From: Bugula neritina
Taxonomy: Eukaryota > Animalia > Bryozoa
Assembly: GCA_964035545.1 (NCBI GenBank)
Contig: OZ037770.1
Span: 3,194,662 to 3,258,661, forward strand
Length of the DNA: 64,000 bases
Direction of reading: 5' to 3'
Shown here piece by piece: positions 41,662-56,900 of the stretch. The number at the start of each line of letters is the position of its first letter. The stretch's first letter is position 1. A program made the translations under genes and the position numbers. The notes beneath the pieces are model-generated. The model ran no database searches. It saw only the letters and a list, made by a program, of their open reading frames with translations, and had not been told where the DNA came from.

Positions 41662-44399
41662 TGTTGGTTACCAGCCCTACAGTGGCTAGCACGCAATGTA
41701 ATATGTATAACTTTGGTGTTGGTGCTGGACTCACTTGCGGCCTACAATGGTGGCAATCAAATGACCTTGGACAATCTATCACAGTTTCAAAGAAGATGTC
41801 AGACTTTGCTCGGAATGTCATGGATGCCATTGACCCAGATCTGTACAGTAATATTAATTCTAGTTTGGCCGGGCAAATCGCAGCTGAATCAAATGATCCT
41901 CTAGCCAAAATTATTGAGTCTGCTCTTACGGTGTTGCCTTCTCTTGCAAATTATCTGGCTGACGTGCTGTACAGCTTAGATCTGACACCTGAGATGTTGT
42001 ATATCTTCAATCTACCAGAAGAGTTTGTTACCAAAGAGTTTCTGCAGCAAATGGCCAAGGAATATTTTGACTTCTCATGTTCTGTGTAAGTAGTTTGTGT
42101 TTTCCGAACATTCTTGTTAACTGGCTGCATATTACATGTTAATTATCAAAAAATTGTTGGACAGAGAAAACATACCTGATGGAAATAGTAAAGAGTTTTG
42201 AATAATCACACAGTTTTTGCTGGTAGCTTTTAACTATAAACAACTATGCTTAAAATTATAAAAAAAAAACAAATGTTTCTTGGTAAATGTTACACCAAGT
42301 TTTAGAAAAAAACTGAAAATTATTATATAATTGTTCAACCAGTTCTGTTCAACTTTTAATTTCAGTAGTCTGTCACTGAAAACTTTAAGTTAAATTTTAT
42401 AACACTTTCTAAAGATGCTAGATCTTATATCGTATATATATTTTACCCAGCTGACTCAACTGACTGAATATAGCTGCATGTATGAAATGCTAAACATAAG
42501 TTATGAAGCGTAAAAAGTTTTAAAGAAATTAAATTTATTAATTGCTTTTCTAGTGCTTCCTCCTCTCTCTGGTTAGCTCTCAATATAAGTTGACCTATAC
42601 TAACTGTTGTAAAAGATGATTGGTAGACAGTTTAATTTATTGCAAGATTATGAACTACCATTTGATTATAGTTTAATTTCTTCTACGTTGTAGATACGGA
42701 GCTAAAGAATTTACAAGCTGCGTCTCTAACTGAGTTGATAGCAACTGTGGGGCAGAGGACAACGTAGCTTATCTCAACCAGATTCTCAACAGCCTGGCTA
42801 ATGAGTACTGTAATGGGAACTCAACCAAGCCCAGTGTTTTGACAAGTAAGATAGCAACAACTTTACAAGTTTAAAGTTACAGAAATTCAACTACATGTCA
42901 AATCCGAAAATAAGCACCAAATTAACAGATATGCATATTTTTAAATTTTTTAAATAGGTTACACTGACATCGAAAAGTGGTGTACTTTTAAAATCTTGTT
43001 ACATAATTATTATAACAACTTGCTCTGAATCAAATGTAATATATATGCTGTGTGATTGTCTAATTTATTTTAAATAGTTTAATTTAACATAGTTTATTTA
43101 CATCTCTGCAGCATTCAACAAAGATTTTGGAGAGTTTGGAAAAGGATTGGTGAAACTCTACGGAATTGAAAAAGATCCATCAAGCCCTTTCCAGTTCCGT
43201 CTGTCAAACAGCTCCATTATCACAGGCATCATATCAGGTGCTAACCTGACAGCTTTTACAAATATTGCTAATACTTGCACTCCCCTTGCATTAGCATTGG
43301 GTAGGGATATAACAGAGTGAAGTCAGCCAAACAGCACAGTAACCATTGGTGATGCCTTGCAAAGCCTTGAGGGGTGAGTTGAATGATTTCGAGTATGTGC
43401 AGTTAAGTTGTATAAATTACTTCTCAGAAGATCTCAGTTTACATGCTATGAAAAACAAACCTATTTTTATAGTGCATCAGCATAATGTCTATGTAGCAGC
43501 TCTAATGCATGAAAAATAACATTGACAATGTGATAAATAAACATATTATGGACATACTGTATATGAAACAGCCAATAAAAAAATTTGTATGTTATTGTAA
43601 GTATTAGTTTACCCAGTGAGTTTTAATTTAATTTATAGGTAATGTAAACTATTCTTGTCTATTAGCAGTTTCATAATGTGTAAGATAAAATATATTCTAC
43701 ACATATATGCATAAGTTGGAAAATGTTTCCATCTTTATATACAGCCTATAAGCTGCATTGTAATCCTGTTTGCAGAGGCATAGAATATTACGTGGAATGC
43801 ACTTTACAGACTGTTGGTAAACTATTTCCTGAGCTGATAACTCCAAGTACTCTTGACAAATACGAGCTCATACTTCGACGATTTAGTTTTCGTGATTTAG
43901 ACCTAACTTCACTAGTATGTAATACTATATATGTAATTATTAGTTATATATGAACTTTTATTACACCATGAAGAGAACACAACTCCTACCAACATGCTAA
44001 TAACTAATTTTTATTGCATAGTGTTCCTTATTACATTGCTATACTAAAATCATTTGTTTTTATAATCTAGTATGCTAGAAAAGTTTTACAGCAGCGCATT
44101 GGCTCTGAACAGTTAAATTTAAAATAACATAGATTGAGTTTCGCAAAAAAATTCTGGATCATTTTATATCTGTATATATAAAGTGATTTAATCAACACTT
44201 TATGACCAACATTCAAGCATAACTTGATTATGTGATGCAAACTCACTATTGTTTATTATTTATGATAGAATGAATTCAAATATTTACATTTTAGGCTGCT
44301 GTTGAAGAGACAACTCCTATAAATGGTGGGATGAGTAAAACTCCAATCACTGCCAGCTATTTATTCTTTTTTATGGCCTACTTTGTGTGGCGTTTTTAA
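41662..44399 (+). pseudogene. Family copy 7: headless, chimeric A/B copy with two nonsense codons
   Basis: Exons 41662-42085, 42694-42845, 43112-43373, 43776-43914, 44295-44399. TGG>TGA at 42731-42733 and TTA>TGA at 43318-43320 relative to paralogs. No exon 1 upstream. Confidence 0.88.
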
Positions 44400-45667
44400 T
44401 AAAAACATTTTGTATTGACTCATAGAAATTAGATATTTAAGCTTCACTATTCTTATTTATGCAATCTTGTGATAACAACTTTAGATATTTATCAAATAAA
44501 CTTTTGCTATAGTATTAATTTATTAAATAATATCAACATTTAAATAATTAGTTGATGTTTGCTTCATAGTCTGGCAGAACTGGGGGTTAGGTTCGCAATC
44601 TCGGATAAAGTTTTTTCTCTCTTGATTATTTATCTTGAGGGTCCAGGTAAATGTTTCCATGTGGGTTTGGACCCGCCATACTGGAGCATTTCGAGAAATC
44701 CAAGATGGCCGCCAATTATGAAAAAATCGTTATCTAATAGGCATAAAGTCTATATTATGTTGCAAAAACAAAAGTGTTTTGATGATTCAAATAGATGTGC
44801 ATTTTTGGAACAAATATGTGCCATGCCAGTGCAAAATTAATCAAAGTAAAGAGCCAAGAGACATGTTGCTCAGTTCATAAATTCGAATTGCTTCAATAAA
44901 ACATCACAGGGAAATTATACAAGGTTTTTGAATAATTGTTTGGACAGACATAAAAAAAACAATGCTTATTGCCAGTGAATAGAAAGTGAAAAAAATTCAA
45001 AGGCATATTGCTCAGCTAAAGTTAAAATGGAACATATATATAATCAAACAGATGTGACAAACTTTCGCTCATGATCATATTAAACATCTGTCTCATTTTT
45101 ATCTATCATTAGCATTTGTTAGAAATGTTAGTTCATATTGCAGCACACTCCTGTTACTGTTTTACAAGGACAGAACTCTGTGCATGGGATATAGATCTAC
45201 TAGAACAGCCATATCTTGTTGTTATTTGCATGATTGTTGGCTTCCACAGGAGTATTCAATGAATTTGGGCCATTTTACTTTATGCAGCACACATCAGCAG
45301 ATTGTGATCAAAAATTTTAAAGTTTGCTCAAAATTCATGAAAACTTACTATATAGAGTAATAGAATTTGCTAATTCCAACTATATGCATAGCAAAAAACT
45401 GGGAAGAGGTCCTGCAACATTTAAGCGCGGCGTCATGTCATACAAGCTAGATATATATTTGTGAACCATCACCATCTATATATTATATCTCAATGTATGA
45501 AGAAAAGAGGAAAAAAAACATAGAAAATCATGCATAATTGGAAAAGCCTTAATTATTCAGTTTATTTGTTAAAATTTTAATAGTTTGAGGCAAAAATCTA
45601 TATACATTAGCAGCTAAATTATAAATAATTGGTGGACTTTTGATTTATCAAAACTATATTAGGTTTA

Positions 45668-46204
<537 letters not shown>

Positions 46205-46205
46205 C

Positions 46206-46725
46206 AAAACGTCAATGACTGCCAGCTATTTGTTGTTTATTATGGCCTAGCCTACTTTGTTTGGCGTTTTTATCAAAAACATATTAATTTTTATATTGAC
46301 TCATCAAAATTATATACTTAAATTTAATTATTTTTATTTATGCAAGTTTGTGATAACCACTTTTTTATGAAAACCACTATCTGCTAGAAATAATTTAATA
46401 ATCACATGTAAATTGGTAAAACTTTGCTTTAACAAAATTAGAAAAATTATAATAGCAGAATAGAATCTCTAGTTTAGTCCTGATGATGAATTTGTTTCAA
46501 ATATTTTTTATAAATCTCAAATTGAAAATTCAGAATTTGCAGTCTAAGCACAGAGCAGTTAAAGAAGACAACCCTGAAGTAATGAGCATGTGTAAATAGA
46601 CTAAAATTGCCTTAACAATTGACCCATTGCTAATCATACTATAATATACTATATAGTTCAAAATTAATTGATTTTGAAAATACTTTGCCCTATTGGTTTG
46701 TAAAATAAGCTGCTTTTACTGTTAG
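46206..46725 (+). pseudogene. Remnant of an eighth copy: 3' half of the GPI exon plus 3' flank
   Basis: aaaacgtcaatgactgccagctatttgttgtttattatggcctagcctactttgtttggcgtttttat matches exon 6 of copies 3/5 but with a stop/insertion. Downstream sequence matches the 3' flanks of copies 3-5. The 5' part is replaced by the TA tract. Confidence 0.8.
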
Positions 46726-47597
46726 TTTTCATCAATCAAAACGGTTTTTCCAGTAGCTATAACTGTTTTATATGATTATATACACAAAATTGCTAAGTAA
46801 AACACACTGCATGGCTAAAACTATAGGCACATATTATTTTGATGTTGCAGTAACAAAGATGTTGACTCTGTGGTATTTGAAGTTGCATTGAACAATCGGT
46901 TTATTATTAACATGATTACTTGCTTTGATTGTTATTATGTTTAAAAATAATAATGAAACAGGAAGTTAAAAAAATTAAACAGTCTTAAGTCAAGCAGAAG
47001 ATTCTGTATTACTATACATGCACATTTTCAACAACATAAACAATTATCCTGTTTTCGGAAACTCTTTTTCAAAACTTTAAAACTAATTAATATATAATAT
47101 AATTATATAAAGTGTTAGCTTTAGGCTGAAGCTTAATTGTACCTAAAAATTGAAAGACACATCAACAAGTATATACATAATATTGTTGTATCCCAGACCT
47201 TAACATTTCACAGATACATGCACTGTATGTGTTGCAGTGTTGTTAAACTATTCCCACATTTGATGCACAAGCAGAAAGCGATAACTGACTGCCATCTAAT
47301 AGAACAAAATTATAACAAATAAAAAAGCAGTTTTAAGACTTTAAAAGAATGGCTTTTGAACAATTTTTTTATTTTATGACCATATTTCAGAGTTTCAAAT
47401 TTTTTTTACAAATTTTGCATCTTGATTATATTTTTAGTGAAACTTAAACAAAAGTATTTGGTTTAAGTAAAAAATATTACCAATTAATCATAGGATTAAG
47501 CAATGCATTATGACAAATAAAGTGTAGGTATGTTAAATTGAAATGGCAAAAGCAATGATCTATTTTCTAAATTTAAAACTGTTATGTTATTAGAATA

Positions 47598-47762
47598 TTA
47601 TATTATTTGAGCTGAAAGCAAATTTTTGAGTAAAGTGGCGGTGCTCAGAGTAAAAGTTATGACTGACAGAGTTGTGCTTAGAATCGGGCTGGAGTTGGTC
47701 AAGTCTCCTTGCTCTTGTATTATTCCTGTGTTAGTCGTGTTGCTGTGTGTCTGATTGAGCTG

Positions 47763-47826
<64 letters not shown>

Positions 47827-47841
47827 TATATACATATATAC

Positions 47842-47926
<85 letters not shown>

Positions 47927-50900
47927 ATAGCTGTAGTGTGATAGGAAGTGATTTAAGAAATGATAAATATATATTTACCTTGTATTTTTCAGCGCTGCTC
48001 ATCAAGGTTGCAAACTGCTTCGAAACTTGAGAGACCTATAACATATAACTGAAATGCAACTATATAATTGATAGATATTTTAGTTGACAAAACATAAGAA
48101 TAGAAAAATGTTTTATGCGTATAAGAATTCATGCATGTTATTCCCATTCCAATATGCCAAACATATATGTAAACGTGACATATAATTTTGCTATTTTTGT
48201 CTTAGATGAATGCTGTAAATTTCTACAGTAAATAAGCAACGAAGGTGCAAACCACATCTAATTGGTGAAGGGTTTTGTGTTACATGTTACTTTAGATAGT
48301 TCTCATGATAAAATGCGCATTGAAATACAAAAGCCAAACTAACATTGAAATCTTTAGTGAAGACACAATCATAGAAGCAGGGATCTCTGTACAGGGTGGG
48401 CACTTTAGAACAAACTTCTTTACATTTTTCTTTTACGGTGTTGTCTTTGGAGTAGTACACGAAACTATCATCTGCAGGTAAAAATTTAAAACATAAAATG
48501 GAGCAACTAACGAAGAGAATGCTTTGGTAAACAAAGCTTAAACACACATTGCAAGTGACACACACGCACACGCACACACACAAACACACACGCACACATG
48601 CACGCACAAACACACAAACACATAAACATGACACACACACTCGTGCATTAGCAAACTGGCTTAGCATAATCTTGGCACTCAATTGCCATGTACAAAATAA
48701 ATAGTCTTCAGGTACAAACACTAATAATAATCACTAAGATTTTTATTTTTAATTTTTCTTGTAAATTTATGATAGGCTGCAATAACATGAAGTTGTCAAT
48801 ATATTTTGCTCATACCTACTATGAATAACCCGTACACAATTATTTATATTACTTTTGATTAACCTGAAATGTTGATGGCTTTACTACATCCGGGTATCAG
48901 CATGCCGAATGAGCGCTTCACAAGTTTCTCAGATGCTCGAACCACAAACAGATATGTGTCTCTATATAAACATACATGATCATAAATTAGAACAATCCAG
49001 AGTATGTATAAAAATGAGTTTTTTGTTGCTTTTAAATTATCAAACTTGTAACAACAGCCTGTGTCATTGCTTTTTTAGCTGGCGAAGTAATTACTTTGAT
49101 GTTTTCAAATTTGGAAAAAAGCTTTAAAGCAAAACAAAAAACAAATACTACATTCAGCTTTTTTGAAAAATTATATTGCTTTGAGTTATTACTATATGCA
49201 TGCGCAGTTTTGGTTAGGTAAAAAAATGATATTCTACTTCGGATTCACAAAGCCTCCTTTTGGTAATTGAATAGTATCATTGTTGAGTTAAAAATCAACC
49301 AACAGTTTTATGTATATTGTTTTAACATATTATATTACATTATATTACATTATATTATATTATAATATATTATATTTTATTGTATTATATTATATTATAT
49401 TATATTATATTATATACTGACTTGTATTTTTCTATATGAATTGAAGAACCAGTTTTATGTTGAGTCATAATCACTGTCTTATTTCCAACTTTTCTTAGAG
49501 TTACTCCTCCTATAAGGTGTAAAATAAATCATGCAGGTAACTCTTATTGCTTTCAAAATAAAACGTGCTATAAGAAATTTGAAGCTGTCTACAGTTTTGC
49601 TCTAAAAAAAACATGGCCATATGTATAAACTGTCATAATTTTAATGTAATATGCTGCCTTTTAATTAGATAATAGTCTATATATTTAGACAGGCACATTA
49701 AATTTGATGAAGCTACAAATCATAAATATATACTTCAATATACCCATTCTAATTGGTTTTGAATAAATTTAGACTACATGATATATCTGCAAAAGTTTAT
49801 TATAGTTAAATAGCAGTGAAAAGGAGGCAAATACTATATTAAAGTTGTTATAAAACCTATTACGGTAATTTTATTATGGAAAATACATTTTATAAAAGTT
49901 TTAGGTTTTTCTTTTAACAACACAGATATGGTTTATTGTGAATAAATTGTTATATAAAAAAACTCCCCTGACACGTTTCAGCCTTTACAAACAAATATCT
50001 TCTTACCCATCATTTGGTTTTACCTGCTAATTTAGATACTAAACTGAAATTTTGTTTCATTACTTAAATTTTACTAATAAAAATTTTAAATTTGTTTATA
50101 TAAAAAAATATGTGTTTTCTATGCAAAATTTAATAAAACATTTATGTTGCATAAGAACAATTTTTTAACGTTCTATTAATTTTTTTCTAAAAACACAACT
50201 TGTTTGCAAAAATAGAATGCAAATAAAACATATATATAGTTACCAACCTGCATTCTTAAGACTTTTCCTATTCTCATACTTAAGACTGTCACTAGGGAAT
50301 TCTCCACTGGTAGTTTGATAGGACACGAGCTTTTGATCGTCTTCATAGAAAATCAGCGACATCTAAAAACGTGATTCATAATTATAAATTTAGCACAACA
50401 TAGTGTTTTCCTTGTTAAGCATGACTCAGCATAACTGATGTAAACATTGAAATATATTTTTGTTGTTATCATTTTTGGCAAAGCCTTTGCCGCTCTAATA
50501 CCTTACAATGTGTTACTTAGTGATTTAGAAAAGTGCTCTTTAATCTGCAAAACCATAAGAGCCTTTTAGTTTGAAACTGGAAAAAAGCATTTGCCATTGG
50601 TCGTTGACTAAAAAGATATTTAGCCTATGAGGTGTTAGCCAGGTCACAATAATTGAAAATCCAAAGGTGATGAATTGAAATGTTAGTGTGGCTCTTGATA
50701 ATGCTAAGGATACCATGGCCTGCAAATTGAAAGACATCTGCAGTATGAATTAATTTGGGGAAACAATAGCTTTGACAAGCTGAGAGTTGATAGGCTGCTA
50801 GAGCCTAATAACTGACAGAGTACAAGTTAGGCGATCATTGAAGTTATAGCAAAGGGAGTGGAACTTGCTGTAGTGATTTCCCATTTGGTGTCCAGTAGAG

Positions 50901-53900
50901 CAAAACATTGGTTTTTACAGCTCATAAACTTGTTGTAATATCTATTCATGACAGAATTTGCATATATAGAAACATAGTTTCAAGTCCTAATGTAAAACTA
51001 CTAGAGCATGGTCCTGCTTTTTATACAGCAAGAAATTATAAGAAATATAATTTGTATGAATGCATGAACAAAGTTAGTCATGAGTATTTGTATAATGTCA
51101 TTACTTAATAAGGTTATTATTCGAAAAATTAGTAAAATAACAAAAACTTTAAAGGACTTGTGGACTCTATAGATTTATAAAAAAAACTCACGCAAGTTTA
51201 TAGTCGCTATCCCTGTGAGAAACCCCTGATGGTAAGGGTTTTTGCTAGAACGGGTTAAGGACTTGTTTAAATGAGGCGCAGGAGCAATTATGACTGGATG
51301 CTCTTCCTAACATCACCAATGGCTTTTGTCAAGGTTCGAACCCACAACTTCGTGTTCAAAAAGCAAACGCTTTAACCCCTAGACCACGGCTGCTCTATAG
51401 ATATTAACAAAATATTGAAGTAGTACTTATTTACAGCAGTGATGTACGTGGCTCCACTATCTCTATCTTCACTTGCATAGTCTGCGTATGCCTGCAGTTT
51501 AAAGTACTCATTCTCCATGTATTTGTGCCAACCAAGAGCTTCACACGTTTCTACAACTCCTTGACTTCTGTAACTGAGCATGTGCGGGTCTCCAAATACA
51601 CCCAACGTATATTGCTCATCAGAATCAAAGTTTATCTACATATAAAATGCTTACCAGTGTCATTGTATAATATAGAAACAAATAACTATACAAAGAGTCA
51701 CGTTATGCAGTAATAGAAGTATTGATTCAAGCAAACTTTATTCATTATTCTTTCATATCAGTATTACATCTATAGCTAAAATGCTGTGCAACTAAAAACA
51801 TTCAATAATGTTATTGCTAAATACTTTAAGTATTTTCATCACAAATTTTACATTATGGTGCAGTGAAAGGATTGTATGCTTGAGAACATACTAAAAATAA
51901 ACTTATTGTATTTTTCACTGTATTGTACAATAAAAGTATTGAATTATTGCAGTATTTCGCAAAAATATCTTTGCATGCTTTACAAAATTTTAAAGAAAAG
52001 TATCGCTTGTTTTATAGTATTGTAAACTAACATTTTTGTCATGTAATAAAGTATTGCATTATCTCAAGGTATTGTATTTTATTGCATAAGTGCTATTGCA
52101 AAACATTTCATATATGCAGTTCATCGAAAAGATTTTCTATGTTATCCCTAAAAGCATGTCCGATATTTTCATTAACAAGAATGATATTTACATGGTTTAA
52201 GCTACATTAAGTATAACCACATATTCTATGAAACCAATCAGCCGACCTCCTGACCAGACACTGCGGGAACTCCAAGCCCTTGGAATACTCTGTTGAAATG
52301 CGCCATAATCCCAGGAGTTATTGCCCCTTCATACTTCTGATTCAGTTCTCTAGTCAGGCATTCTGCATACGAGTGGATCCCGCTGTGAAAAAAAAGTTGC
52401 AAAAGTGTCTTTTTTCAGGTTTTTAGTCTAATGATACTTTCACTTGATTACTGGGTTAATTAAAAACAAAAAGTATTACAATATTTTAGCAGCTAACCAT
52501 GATGCTCCTCTAAAAGTTTAAAGAAGCCAAATGGTAAATTAAGCTTAGTTATATAAGCAAAATACTTACAAAAGAAGACTGTCAACAAGAACTTGTAGAG
52601 AAAGTGTACTGCCTTCGTCTAAGTAATTTGGCTGTTCAAGTTCATCAGATATGAAATTGATTGCTGGAGAGCATCTCTCAATAAATATTTTTTTCAACTG
52701 ACTAAACTTTTCACTGTCAGCTAAGATTGAATTCTCATAGTGAATGTCAACTTTAGAGTCAGTGAGTTGTATTTGAATTCTTAGAAGATTGTCAAGTAGA
52801 GGTTTAAATGAACCTGATAATTTTTCTGTAAATTCTGTAAAATACAGATTATAGAGAAAAAAGTAAAAAAGTAAACAATAAACTACTCTTTCTCTTTGAT
52901 TTATAGCTAAATTAAGAGTCACATATATAGTAATGTTTTAAACTGACATAGTAACTTTTAAATTGATACCAATGATGGATTGCATATCCAGGTTTATTAA
53001 TTTTTTATTTGATTCATTCATATAATTTCTTGCATTGAATATCATTTAATAGAACATGATAAGCTTAAATTTAGTGCAAAGATAAAAAAGTTTAATTTAC
53101 CGGAAATAAGCTCTCGTTTTGCTTCCTCCCCTTCACAATACGTTTCACTCATTTCATCAATCATGTCATTCAAAAAACTTGCTTCATCACCACACAAACT
53201 GCTAAGTTTAGGCTTAGCACAAGCAGCAAAAGCTTTTCTTCCATAACTAGAGTAAAAAGTAGAGTGATTAGCAGTTGGAGACAGTGATAAACAACTACGA
53301 TTAGCAGAACAAATACATGTGTAGGTATAAACAAATAAAGTCGCTATAGAAGCAAACACCAGACAATAAAAAAAAACATTTGAAACTGCATGGAACTGAT
53401 ACCACAATGCCACATTTGAATAAACATAATTTTATCAAAGAGGCTAAAACAATTTGTTTGAAAGCAATTGTTAGAAAACAAAAAATCTACAGACAGGATT
53501 TGAAAATTTCCGATTTTATGCCATCAATTTACAAAGCATCAGATTAAAATCAGAAATGTTTTCTATAATACCATAACTGTGAAATAACTTTTTGCTGTTC
53601 GTTTTTCTGTAACACATTACAATAATTTACATCATATTGTTGCTATATCAAATATATACATCAGTAACTCTTAATTAATTCATTCTGGTTAACTTATCCT
53701 GGAACTTACTTTACATTACATCCAAACTTCACATACTGCTTGATAAAGTCAATGAGAAGATCTGGCCTTGCTAGTGTAGGGTTCAGTTTCAGATAAGAAA
53801 AATGATTTTCTGTAAACCCCAAACCAAAAAATATGGTGCCAGCTGCAAACACAGGAAGTGGTTCAATCGTCAGAAGGGATTCAACAATTTTAGCAAATGT

Positions 53901-56900
53901 AATCGAGTCTGTCAGTGAAATTGATTCACTTGGAGAAGTTGTAGTAGATGTTTGGCTTTCAGAAACTAGAGTTGATGTTTGGCTTACAGGAATTGTAGTT
54001 GGTGTAGGTGTTTGGCTTCTATAAGGAGTTGTAGTTGATATAGGTGTTTGGCTTCTATAAGAAATTGTAGTTGGTGTAGGTGTTTGGCTTTTATAAGGAA
54101 TTGTAGTTGGTGTAGGTGTTTGGCTTCTATAAGGAGTTGTAGTTGATATAGGTGTTTGGCTTCTATAAGGAATTGTAGTTGGTGTAGGTGTTTGGCTTCT
54201 ATAAGGAATTGTAGTTGGTGTAGGTGTTGGTGCATATGTTGGGCTTCTAGGAGTTGTAGTTGGTGCATGTGTTTGGCCTCTAGGAGTTGTAGTTGGTGTA
54301 GGTGTTTGGCCTCTAGGAGTTGTAGTTGGTGCAGGTGTTCGGCTTCTAGGAGTTGTAGTTGGTGCATGTGTTTGGCCTCTAGGAGTTGTAGTTGGTGTAG
54401 GTGTTTGGCTTCTAGGAATTGTAGTTGGTGTAGGTGTTTGGCTTCTATAAGGAATTGTAGTTGGTGTAGGTGTTTGGCTTTTATAAGGAATTGTAGTTGG
54501 TGTAGGTGTTTGGCTTCTATAAGGAATCGTAGTTGGTGTAGGTGTTTGGCTTCTAGAAATCGTAGTTGGTGCATATGTTTGGCTTCTAGGAGTTGTAGTT
54601 GGTGTAGGTGTTGGTGCATATGTTTGGCTTCTAGGAGTTGTAGTTGATAGCATTGTTTTCAGATTTAGAATTAAATGAGTGGCATTAACTTCATTCAGGA
54701 AGGCTTCAATAATATCAGAGAATTCAGCTGACACGTGATTGGTAATTTCCACTGACAAGTCATGTCTGCTCCACCATTCCAGACCACAGGGAATCAGTGA
54801 TTCATTGAGAATGTAGAAAGCATTGCAGCGTGATCCTGCCGCTGCTGGTGTATAACAGGCTGTAACTTGAACAGTGAATAAATATCATATACTACACCAC
54901 GGGATAAATCATATATTATATGCACATTATTAGCATCAATGAGCATGCATTTTTACATTGAAAGTATAACACTGTAGTATACTAAAATTTATTTTGGTTT
55001 AAATAGATTTAAATAAAAATACTACTATGTAGAATGCATCTATATCTACTAATTGCATTTTTGTATTTTATATAAGCAAAATCATGTAATTAAATAAAAT
55101 TTATTATTTACGAATTGCCCGCAATTCAGGGAAGTCAACAGGGACAGCTTAGTCCCTCACAGTCCATACCTTCTCGGGGTCAGTGGCGACCCCGTCTCGA
55201 CCAACTACATGGCCAAGGTACTTAACCTCTTGTTGCAATAATGTGCACTTAGAAGGTTTGAGCTGAAATGAGTGTCGAAGTCGGGGGAGATGACAATGAC
55301 ATCATCGAGATAGATGAGCAAGGTCTTTAAGTGTAACCCACTCAGGACCTGCTCCATGAGTTGCTGGAAAGTGGTCGGCGCAGACGTAAGTCCAAACGGC
55401 AACACCTTCTATTTCTAAAGCCCATCCAGCGTAACAAACGAGACCTTGTCCTGGGTATCAGACTCTGGAGCACCTGCCAATACCCGCTTAGCAAGTCCAA
55501 CGTACTGAAGAACTTGCTATCAGTTAAAGCATCTAACGACTCATCAATCCTAGAAAGAGGGTAAGCGTTCTAGATGGTCACTCTGTTTAGTTTGCAATAA
55601 TCTACACAAAACCTTTAGATCCCATCTTTTTTCTAAACCAGGACAACTGGAGAGCTCCAAGCACTATGAGCTGGCTCAATCAGGTTCTAGTTCAAAAGGT
55701 CTTGCACCTGTCGGCTCACTTCCCTTTCCTTTTCAGGACCTAACTGGCGGGTCGGCTGCCTGATAGGCACCGTCCCAGCTGTCAGGGGTATCTCATGACA
55801 GACAGCCTTAGCCAAGCCCATGTCATGGTCGCTGCAACTAAACACATCTTTGTACTCAGAGAGTAGCTGCACCCCTACCAGGCGTTTCCGCTTCATCTCA
55901 CAGCCATTGCAGTCATCTCCGTACAAATATACCAAGTGTTTAGGCACCAGCCTCCTGCCGTCCCTAGTGGGTACCTATCGGGCTTTGTCCGCTGTTCCCA
56001 GGGCGGGTCCGACATCCTCTTCCTCTACGGAGTGGAACCTTCCCACTAGTGAACCAGCCGGCAGTTCTATCAACTCCGTGAAAAGATTCACACACTGGAC
56101 CAGGAACTCTTCCTGCTCATCCAGTCTATTCAGACTGTTGGTAAGCTGGACGCCCCTAGTGCACCTTCCACCACTCCAAAATCAGGGATTTTCCTACAGG
56201 TCAATCTGCAGCGAACTGTAGCCCTAAAGCGCCCAGGTGCAGTACAGCGCTGTATCACCTGCACTCCCCTCACCAATGATCGACCAAATCGGCGCACACA
56301 GGCCAGCTCACGCCCGGCCATCATCGCCGCCGACTTCTTAAAGTCAAGGTGGCACCTGTGTCGCTTCAGAAATGAGTTGGCTGACGCTGAAGGTCTTGCT
56401 GATCACCTGATCATGGACTCTACCAGTCAATTCTATCACACCATAAAAAGGAATACATGACTTGTCCGCCAACATGCCGTGTTCCCCTTCATATAGCTTC
56501 AGGTTAGCCTGGTCTCTAGCACTGAGTGTGTCAAACAGACGCTGGCTCAGAAGGTTTGTGGTACACCCAGTATCCAATAGGAAGGTGACAGCTTTTCCGG
56601 TAAGTTTACCGGGTAAGGTATAACTTCTTCCATATGGCTGGGCGCTCACTGAGCGGTTCGTCTCTGGAGGCGACACCTCATGTGCATGGAGTTGAAAATG
56701 CACCTGCGCTTTTCGGCTGCGAGGGGGTCGTCTACGTCTCGTGGGCAAGCTGGTTACATCGTGGTCTTACTCACACACAGACGGCCTAGTGAATGCTCGG
56801 TCTTGCGCTCGTGTGAGCAACTGAAAGAAATCCCTGTCTCACAGGATAGTTAAGGGCAACCTTTCAACTGCAACTGCCTTGCTGAGGTTTGCATTGTAAT

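Noticed and set aside
53984-54647. Alternative-frame ORFs [11 protein letters not shown] (- strand) and [11 protein letters not shown] (+ strand)
   Set aside because: They are by-products of the in-frame coding minisatellite. Only the Thr/Pro frame is continuous with the conserved flanking exon sequence.
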